A stretch of DNA of 248,000 nt from Hyalangium minutum (lineage in GTDB: Bacteria; Myxococcota; Myxococcia; Myxococcales; Myxococcaceae), in assembly GCF_000737315.1 (NCBI RefSeq), contig NZ_JMCB01000001.1, forward strand, positions 20,001-268,000, given 5' to 3'. The stretch's first letter is position 1. The number at the start of each line of letters is the position of its first letter. The notes under the pieces were generated by a model. It did not search any database. It was given only the letters and a program-made list of their open reading frames with translations, and had not been told where the DNA came from. Below, one piece after another: positions 109,701 to 117,300 of the stretch. Both the position numbers and the translations under genes were made by a program.

Positions 109701-111308
109701 CCGCCGCCGGCCAGCCCCTCCCTCCTTGGGAGAGAGACGCCCTCCCATACGCCCACCGCCTCGGTCCCAGCGCAGGAGGTCCGTGCGGCCGCACCCACGC
109801 TCCTGCGTCCCAGTGACCCGCCCCGGCGCGTCGCCGTCATCGGCGTGGCCTGCCGGTTCCCGGGCTCCCACGGCCCCGAGTCCTTCTGGGCCAACCTCGC
109901 GGCGGGCCGGGATCTGGTGACGACCGTGCCCACGGAGCGTTGGGACGCCGAGCGGTACTATGACCCGCGCAAGGCGGTGCCCAACAAGAGCTACTCGAAG
110001 TGGGGAGCCTTCGCGGAAGAGGTGGACTTGTTCGACGCGGCCTTCTTCGGCATCGCCGAGGAGGATGCGGACTGGATGGATCCCCAGCAGCGCATCGCGC
110101 TGGAGACGGCGCAGGAGCTGCTGGACGGGGCGGGTTACCCGCGGAAGGAGCTCGCGCACAGCCGGACCGGCGTCTTCCTGGGCGCCACCGCCAACGACTA
110201 CGTGCGCAGCGGCTTCCGAGGCCACGGGCGCTCCACGCCGCACCTGCTGCTGAACACGCTCCAGAACATGGTGGCGGCGCGCATCTCCCACTTCTGGGAC
110301 TTGAAGGGCCCGTCGCTCGTCGTCGACACGGCCTGCTCCTCCTCGCTGCTCGCCATCCATCACGCCTGCCGCGGCATCCTGTCAGGCGAGATCGACATGG
110401 CCATCGCGGGCGGGATGTACCTGCTGCTGGATCCTTTCCTCCACGTCAGCTTCAGCCAGGCGCAGCTGCTCTCGGAGGACGGGCGCACCCGCATCTTCGA
110501 CCGCAAGGCCAGCGGCTTCACGCCGGGCGAGGGCGTGGGCATGGTGCTGCTCAAGGAGTACGGGCAGGCCGTGCGCGACGGGGACCGCATCCTGGCCACC
110601 GTGCTTGGCTCGGCGGTCAACAACGATGGGCGCACCCTGGGGCTGACCATGCCCAGCAAGGAGGCCCAGGTGGAGGTCATCGGCGAAGCCCTCCGCCTCT
110701 CTGGAGTCTCCGCGCGGGACATCGGCTACCTGGAGACCCATGGCTCGGGGAATGCCTTCGGAGATCCGCTGGAGATCCACGCGGCCAGCGAGGTCTTCCG
110801 CCGGGAGAGCTCGCGCAAGCAGTACTGCGGGGTGGGCTCGGTGAAGTCCAACATCGGCGCGCTGCTCCAGGCCGGGGCGGTGGCGAGCTTCATCAAGGTG
110901 GTGCTGGCGCTCCAGCACCAGGAGCTCCCCGCCACCGTGCACTGCGAGGAGCCGCATCCGCGGTTCCACTTCCCGGAGACGCCCTTCTTCCCTGTCACCC
111001 AGCTGCAGCCCTGGGAGCCCCTGGGTGGGACCCGCTACGCGGCCGTCTCCTCCTTTGGATTGGGGGGCACCAACTGCCACCTCGTGCTGGGCCAGGGTGA
111101 CGCGCTGCACCCCGGCTACCGGCCCACACGCCAGCCGCTGGCGCCCACGCGCTTCCAGCGCAAGCGGCACTGGATGCCCTGGACCGAGGCCCAGGAGCCG
111201 AGGAACACGCAGCCCCCCTCGCTGGAGCAGCTCCTCGATGCGCTCGACCAGGGCGCCATCGCCGTGGAGCAGGCAGTGAACGTCATCACCGGCGGCGCCA
111301 GGCCCTAG
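103746..111308 (+). CDS. trans-AT PKS 2: DH-ACP, KS4-DH-KR-ACP, KS5 (second His lost)
   Basis: RDHLVHGVRILP; KS5 has HGSGN and NIGALL instead of NIGHL. Confidence 0.92.
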   Translation: MSPTIVNPPVMALSSKRLKTTVLFEDYMVRDHLVHGVRILPGVFFLDLTYRMARQQGLEPGQVELRRCLFIEPIAVTESYDKQVRLSVEPQGDHAAISVESRKVKDGVALEEQWTANFTCELHQVPREPRAPLDIARLRATATRRADADELYAFARSVDIDHQEFMKALGTLHYGQGWLLAEVTLSELAQGYLEHFHVHPAYLDFSTLMPFCLFEKDAAERQPFIPIFIDAFRAHGPLSRTCVAYVEQTGQQSLSGDTVHSDIRLFSPEGELLVHFRNFRAKKIRTRNLITQHQAPSQAPEPARPALTPVAPPAAPRPSASASPLERVQAELRSLVSRALKRLPEDVDVNAGFYEQGLASVDLLQIVRALEARLGRELYPTLLFEYTTVSALAGYLVEQFGDLLARPSESAPAEPPPPPPQAAAAAAPAATSPAVESSKPAPRAPAAREEADEDEIAIVGVAGRYPQARDLDEFWANLKAGRDCITEIPRSRWEVERYFDSERGKPGRTYSRWGGFIDGVDEFDPLFFNISPREAEMMDPQERVFLETAWAALEDAGYTRERLGTGKGNDIGVFAGVMWSDYQLFGLEEILKGNPVVAGSWFSSVANRISYFLNLQGPSVPVDTACSSSLYAIHLACESIKRGECSAALVGGVNASLHFSKYLKLSELQMLSTDGRCRTFGKGGNGYVPGEGVGAVLLKPLKRAIADRDTIHAVIKSTAVNHGGRTSGFSVPSPDAQARLIRDALEKARIPASTVSYIEAHGTGTSLGDPIEIAGLTSAFRGDSTEKGFCAVGSVKSNIGHLEAAAGIAGLTKVLLCMRHRTLVPSLHSRELNPSIPFADTPFYVPQEARAWEKRTGHPRRAGISSFGAGGSNAHILLEEYEDPRVGREAASALPQLVVLSARTPERLQESARKLRDFLEAHGEARLEDLAYTLQVGRETMEARLAVVAQDKAELRKALEGYLDGTPEGARRVLSGQVKRGASGAGSESEDHAYHQSLWQGGKLARLAALWTEGTEITWSRLEHSPTLRRIPLPTYPFARRRCWIPQVASSRGAGASAAPVLHPLIDANTSTLKGPRFLKRLTATEFYVADHIVREQRLLPGVVSLEMARAAGALASETGISHLRNVLWASPLVVDSPRDVTVRLSAGGAHVEFEVVTGSGEEATVHALGKLYSSSGEAQQPPAPVSIDEIQRRCAQVLSDEAVYSGFVARGFRYGPGLRAIHELRTGPGEALAELRLPEHLQAEASAYVLHPALLDGALQAVSGLTPPASGGEGELLPFSVGELRLHSPIPSRCFVHVTVGEPKESTGTPTRFHLRLLDEAGRTLVSLRDFTLRRVAREELPVQRPVENPEGLLIYEPHWEETPVPAPYIPSGGDAQRPFLVFEREEAHSQGLRRQLRERSGEAPIIRVQPGEGFRCLSPEHYQITPAREEDYRQLWEALRERGLQPAALFHLWNHEARPLAFDTASSAETVSTELQEQLRLGLQSLFLLARTLPGLRLRERLPVIYAFQGEGEQPQHSAVAGFARSVALENPKLRVRVVRFAPRQAEVPADWDALLRELQPPEQTEVRIGSAGRQVRRFAPVAPPASGTSARPGLLRPRGVYLLTGGAGGLGLVFARYLAREAQARVALLGRSPLDAARRASLSELEAMGAEVLYLSADVADPAALQTAVTRVRERFGALHGIIHAAGVIEDAMAVNKPLNSFQRVLTPKIQGTLNLDAATREVPLDFLVLFSSASAVFGSMGQTDYAAGNQFMDAFATLREELRERGLRSGRTLSLNWPLWREGGMRIQPEVEEMILRNTGLKVLETGRGLTAFSLAQALPGSQLMLLEGDPAVIHKRIELATQPVVRPQRSAPPPPAAPEPAVAERAVAPPTLETLQSHLEQDLSETCSALLKVSTSELDAEADFSDYGVDSLMIMRILDHLEERYTVSLDPSALTEHPSIRSLAKHLVAEHRGHVEARLATPAQAPEPVQPLAAPASPPPPPPASPSLLGRETPSHTPTASVPAQEVRAAAPTLLRPSDPPRRVAVIGVACRFPGSHGPESFWANLAAGRDLVTTVPTERWDAERYYDPRKAVPNKSYSKWGAFAEEVDLFDAAFFGIAEEDADWMDPQQRIALETAQELLDGAGYPRKELAHSRTGVFLGATANDYVRSGFRGHGRSTPHLLLNTLQNMVAARISHFWDLKGPSLVVDTACSSSLLAIHHACRGILSGEIDMAIAGGMYLLLDPFLHVSFSQAQLLSEDGRTRIFDRKASGFTPGEGVGMVLLKEYGQAVRDGDRILATVLGSAVNNDGRTLGLTMPSKEAQVEVIGEALRLSGVSARDIGYLETHGSGNAFGDPLEIHAASEVFRRESSRKQYCGVGSVKSNIGALLQAGAVASFIKVVLALQHQELPATVHCEEPHPRFHFPETPFFPVTQLQPWEPLGGTRYAAVSSFGLGGTNCHLVLGQGDALHPGYRPTRQPLAPTRFQRKRHWMPWTEAQEPRNTQPPSLEQLLDALDQGAIAVEQAVNVITGGARP

Positions 111309-111328
111309 AAACGATTTCGAGCCAGCAC

Positions 111329-114300
111329 ATGACCGAGCGGATTGTGAGCACGAACAGCACCCTCCAGGCATACACCCGGGAGATTCTGGAGAAGTTCGTC
111401 CGGAAGGAGCTCTCACGCGAAGAGGCCCTGGTCCTGCTGCGGAGCCCTGCGCGGCCCGCAGCGGAGCCGGCCGCGCCCGCGGTCCCTGAAGAGCCCTCGC
111501 TCGCGGAGGCGACCACGCGCTACCTGGCACGGCAGCTGGAGGAGCTCGGGAAAGCAGCAGCCCCCGAGCGGAACTTCATGGAGCTGGGGCTGGGCTCGGC
111601 GGACCTGCTGGAGCTCAACACGCGGCTTGAGCGCGATCTGCGCATCGATCTCGTGCCCACGGTCTTCTTCGATCACTCCAGCGTCGGGCGCCTGGCGGAC
111701 TACCTCGCGCGGACTTTCCCGGAGCAGCTCGCCCACGCGCTGCGAGAGTCCCCCAGCGAGGTGCCTTCCGCTCCCGCGCCCTCCCCCGCTCCCACCCCCA
111801 CTCCCACTCCCGCTCCGCTGCCCACCGCCACGCCGCTGGCCCACACTGCTCCCTCCAAGCAGCCGAGGAACGAGCCCTCGGGCGCCCCGGGGACGCGCAC
111901 GGGGGACATCGCCATCATCGGCATGGCGGGCCTGTTCCCGCAGTCGCCCGATCTGGACACGTTCTGGAAGAACCTGGCGGCGGCGAAAGATCTCGTGGAG
112001 GAAGTCCCACGCGAGCGCTGGGACGTGGCGGCCTGGTACGACCCCACCCAGACGCAGCCCAACCGCATCTCCTGCAAGTGGGGGAGCTTCGTCCCGGACG
112101 TGGACAAGTTCGACCCGCTCTTCTTCCACATCTCTCCGCGTGAGGCGGAGGTGATGGACCCGCAGGTGCGGCTGCTGCTCCAGGTGCTCTACAGCACGGC
112201 GGAAGACGCGGGCTGCGTGAGCGCGCTGCGGGGCTCGCACACGGGAATGTTCGTGGGGGCCTGCTTCCGCGACTACGACGACGAGATGCTGCGGCGCGGG
112301 CTTCCGGTGGGGCCGCATGACGGGACGGGCAACGCCGCGACAATGCTGGCCAACCGGCCCTCCTTCTTCTTCGACCTCAAGGGGCCGAGCCTCACGGTGG
112401 ACACCGCCTGCTCCTCCTCGCTGGTGGCGCTGCACCTGGCCTGCCAGGCGCTGCGGCGCGGCGAGTGCGACATGGCCTTCGCCGCGGGCGTGAACCTCAT
112501 CCTCAGCCCGCGCCACTACTTGCACTTCTCCGCGATGAAAGCGCTGTCGCCGACGGGGCACTGCCACGCGTTCGACAGCACCGCGGATGGGTATGTGCCG
112601 GGCGAGGCCGTGGCCGCCGTCCTCCTCAAGCCGCTCGAGCAGGCCCTGCGGGATGGCGATCCCATCCACGCCGTCATCAAGGGCACCAGCGTCAACCATG
112701 GCGGCTACACCAACTCCATCACCGCGCCCAGCCCCGCGATGCAAGCCGAGCTGCTGCTGGAGGCGTGGAAGGACGCCGGCATCGATCCGGAGACGCTGAG
112801 CTACATCGAGGCGCACGGGACGGGCACCCGGCTGGGGGACCCCATCGAGGTGGAGGGGCTGAAGCTGGCCTTCGCCCGGCACACCACGAAGCAGCGCTTC
112901 TGTGCGCTGGGCTCGGCCAAGGCGCACCTGGGCCACACCGAGGCGGCGGCCGGCCTCACCGGCCTCGTCAAGGTGGTGCTCTCGATGAACCGGGGGCTCA
113001 TCCCCTCCATGCCGGGCTTCCGGGAGCTCAACCCCTTCATCAAGCTCGAAGGCAGCCCGCTCTACATCAACGAGAAGCCGAAGGCCTGGCTCACGCCCGT
113101 GGGAGCCCCACGCCGCGCTGGAGTCAGCTCGTTTGGCTTCGGCGGAGCCAACGCGCACGTGGTGCTGGAGGAGTACGTACAGCCCCGCCCAGAAGCGGCC
113201 TCGGAGACGACGGGGATGCCGCTGCTCTTTCCCTTCTCCGCACGGGATGAGGTGCGGCTGCGCGAGCTGGTGGAGCGCTTCGAGTCCTTCCTGTCACGGG
113301 ATGCAGGGCCTTCGCTCGCGGAGGTGGCGTACACCCTCCAGACGGGACGCGCCACGCTGGCCTCGCGGCTGGCCATCATCGCCAGCTCGCACGCGGATCT
113401 GCTGACGGCGCTCAAGGACTTCCAGGCGCGTCGCGAGGTGCCCCTGCCCGGGCTCGTGCGCGTGCGAGAGGACGGCTCTGTCCTGCTCCAGGCCGAGGCG
113501 GCTCCTGGCGAAGCCGGGCTTGCGGAGCTTGCCGGACGGTGGCTGCGCGGGGAGGCCGTCACCTGGCCGGCCCCAGCCTCCGAGTCTCTTCGCCGCGTCT
113601 CGCTGCCCACCTCCACCTTCGCCCGGGAGCGCTACTGGTTCGAGGCAACTCCCGGGGTCACTGGGGTGGAGCCAGCGCCCGCCCAACCCCAGCTGCCCCC
113701 GGCGGGGGCCGAGCTGACGTGGTTCAAGCCCGAGTGGTTCCCCTCCGCGCTGTCCGCGCCCAGCGAGGTCCCAGCCACAGCCGGCGCCGTGCTGGTGTTC
113801 GACCCGGACGGATCGTTCACGCAACAGGTCGAGGCCCAGGATCGCCTGCGCGGGTCCGCTCGCGCGGTGGTGCGCATCCAGCCGGGCGCGGAGTTCCGCC
113901 GTGTGGGGCCGCGGCACTATGAGCTCCAGCCAGAGCACGCGGCAGACTACGAGCGGCTCCTCGATGCGCTGGCCAACGATGGCCTCCGCCTCGCGGGGAT
114001 CCTGTTCTTCTGGGGGAAGCGCAGCCGCTTCGAGTCACCGGACGCCCTGCTAGAGGGGCTCGATGATGCGCTCGGCCAGGGGCTCTACCCGCTGGTGCGG
114101 CTCATCCAGGCCTTGCTGCCCCGGCGCAAGGACGAGCGGATCCAGTTGCTCTATGTCTACCGGTCGGGCGGAGAAGAGGTGATCGCCCACCATGAGGCGC
114201 TGTCCGGCCTTGCGCGTGCGGTGACGGCCGCCGCCCCATGGTTGAACTTCCGCCTCCTGGGGATGGATGCGTCAGGCACGACACCCGAGCTGCGGGTGGA

Positions 114301-117300
114301 GCGCGTGCTGGCGGAGCTGCATGCCAGCGAGGCCGCCACGCAGGTGGAGGTCCGCTACCGCAACGGAGAGCGCCACGTGCGTGGGGTGCGGCCAGTACCA
114401 GCCCATGAGGCAGCCGCGGCGATGGGCCCCGCCTTCCGGCAAGGCGGCATCTATCTGATCACCGGGGGCCTGGGCGGCGTGGGCTACGAGCTGGCGAAGT
114501 ACCTGGCCGGGAAGTACCGGGCCCGGCTCGTGCTGACTGGACGCTCGCCGCTGGAGGACGAGCTGCGGCGGAAGCTGTCACACCTGGAGGGTCTGGGCTC
114601 GGACGCCGTCTATGTGCAGGCGGACGTCGTCTCGCGCAAGGACGTGGATCACTGCCTGGCGTACGTGAAGGCCCGCTACTCGGGGCTTCACGGCATCATC
114701 CACTGCGCGGGCCTGCTGAAGGAGGCCACGCTGGCGGACAAGCGCCAGGAGGACTTCGGGACCACCCTCGCCCCCAAGGTGCAAGGGACGCTGGTGCTCG
114801 ATCAGGCCACCCGGGCAGCACCCCTCGAGCTCTTCGTCGTCCTCTCCTCTGTCTCCACGGTGATCGGCACCTCGCTGGCCGCCGACTACGCCACGGCCAA
114901 CCGCTTCCTGGACAGCTTCGCGGCCCTGCGCGAGTCGCTGCGCCAGCGCGGCCAGCGCCAGGGCCAGACGCTGTCGATCTGCTACCCGTACTGGCGCGAT
115001 GGCGGCATGCGGATGTCGCCGGAGAAGGAGGCGCTCGTTCTCCAGGCCACGGGCATGGAGCCGCTCTCCTCCGCGCAGGGAATCCAGGCGCTGGAGACGG
115101 CGCTGGCGCTGGGCCACCAGCAGGGGTTGCCCCAGATCCTCACTGCCTTCGGGGAGCTGGAGAAGATGCAGCGGGCGCTCCAGGCAGCACCGCCGCCCCC
115201 GGCCGCCGCAGCTGCCACGCCGCCGGCCCGGCCCGCCACGCCTCCTGACGCCTCCCAAAGCGCGGCGCTCGAGGCGCGGCTCACGACGGAGCTCGTGGAG
115301 TTGGCGGTGAAGACCTTGCGCCTGCAAGGTACCGTCAACCCTCGCTCCGAGCTGTCCGGGTACGGCTTCGAGTCCATCACCATCCTCGAGTTCACTCAGG
115401 CGTTGAATGCCCGGTACGGGACAGCGCTCTCACCCGCCCTCTTCTACGAGCACCGCACCATCGAAGGCTACGTGCGCTTTCTGCTGAGCAAGCACGCCGC
115501 CACCCTCCTGGGGACCCTCCCCGAACACGCCCCCGCCCCCACTCCTGGGGTGGCCACCAGCCCCGTGCCTTCCTCTGGCCCTCGCGAAGAGCAGTCGGCC
115601 GAGACTCGCCAGGACGAGGCCATCGCCGTCGTCGGCATGGCCGGCGTCTTCCCAGGCTCGCCGGATCTGGAGACGTTCTGGAGCAACATCCAGGCGGGTA
115701 GAGATCTCGTGGGGGAGATTCCACGCGAGCGGTTCCGCTGGGAGGACTTCCACGGCGACGGCGTCCCCGAGGAGCGGCGCATCACCAGCCCCCGAGGAGG
115801 CTTCATCCAGGACGTCGACTGCTTCGATCCGCTGCTCTTCAACTTGTCGCCACTCGAGGCGGAGTTGATGGATCCTCAGCAGCGCATCTTCCTGGAGATG
115901 GTGTGGCGGACGCTGGAGGACGCCGGATACCGGCCTGAGGAGCTGTCCCGGCGGAAGACGGGCGTGTTCGTCGGCGTGTCCAACGTGGACTACCGGGACG
116001 TGCTCGCCGGTGCTGGCCGGATGTCGGAGGTCTACATTACCACGGGGCTGTCCACCTCGCTCATCCCCAACCGCGTCTCCTACCTGTTCGACTGGAGCGG
116101 GCCCAGCGAGCCGGTGGACACGGGGTGCTCGAGCTCTCTGGTAGCCCTCCACCGCGCGATGGCCGCGCTGCGCGCGGGGGACTGTGACGCGGCCGTGGTG
116201 GGTGGCATCAACCTGCTGCTCAGCCCCACGCCCTTCATCGCCTGCAGCCGGGCGGGGATGCTCTCCCCGGACGGCCGGTGCATGACGTTCGACAAGCGCG
116301 CCAACGGCTACGTGCGCGGCGAAGGGGCCGGCGCGCTGCTGCTCAAGCCGCTCTCCCGGGCGCTCGCCGATGGGGACCGCATCCACGCCGTCATCCGCGG
116401 CACCGCCATCAACCACGGCGGCCATGCTCAGGGGCTGACCGTGCCCAACCCCACGGCCCAGTCGCAGGTGCTCATCTCCGTTTACGAGAAGGCAGGGGTG
116501 GATCCCGCGACGCTCGGCTTCATCGAAGCGCACGGGACCGGCACCTCGCTGGGAGATCCCATCGAGGTCAACGGGCTTCGAAAGCTCTTCCAGCACTTCC
116601 ACGGCGACACGAGCCCCGCGGGCGCGCGCTGCGGCCTGGGCACGGTGAAGTCGAACATCGGCCACCTGGAGTCGGCGGCCGGCATCGCCGGGGTGATCAA
116701 GGTCATCCTCTCCCTGAAGCATCGCACGCTGCCCGCCAGCCTCCACTGCCAGGAACTGAACCCCTTCATTGATCTGTCGGGGAGCCCGCTCTACATCGTG
116801 CGGGAGACGCAGCCCTGGGAGGCTCGCGAGGACGCGCAGGGCCAACGCCTGCCACGCCGTGCAGGCGTGAGCTCCTTCGGCTTTGGCGGCGTGAACGCCC
116901 ATGCCTTGCTCGAGGAGTATGTCGAGGCTCCCACCTCCCCGGCCCAGGAGACCCCGCGCCTCATGGGAGGCCAGGAGCTGATTGTCCTGTCCGCCCGGAA
117001 CGCGGAGCGGCTGACCGAGTCGGCGCGGCGCCTGGCCACCTTCCTTCAGCGGGCCGAGGCCTCTGCCCCGCCCTTGGCGGATATCGCCCGAACCTTGCGC
117101 GAGGGCCGGCGTGAAATGGAGCACCGCCTGGCCATCATCGCCAGCTCGGTGGGGGAGCTGCGCGCCCGGCTGGAGGACTTCCTCGCGGGCCAGAAGCACG
117201 CGGCCCTCCTCACCGGAAAGGCCTCCTCCGAGAGCCCCTCGCTCCAGCTGATGGAGGAGAGCGAAGAGGGGCGGGCTTTCATCGCCAGCCTGGTCCGCAA

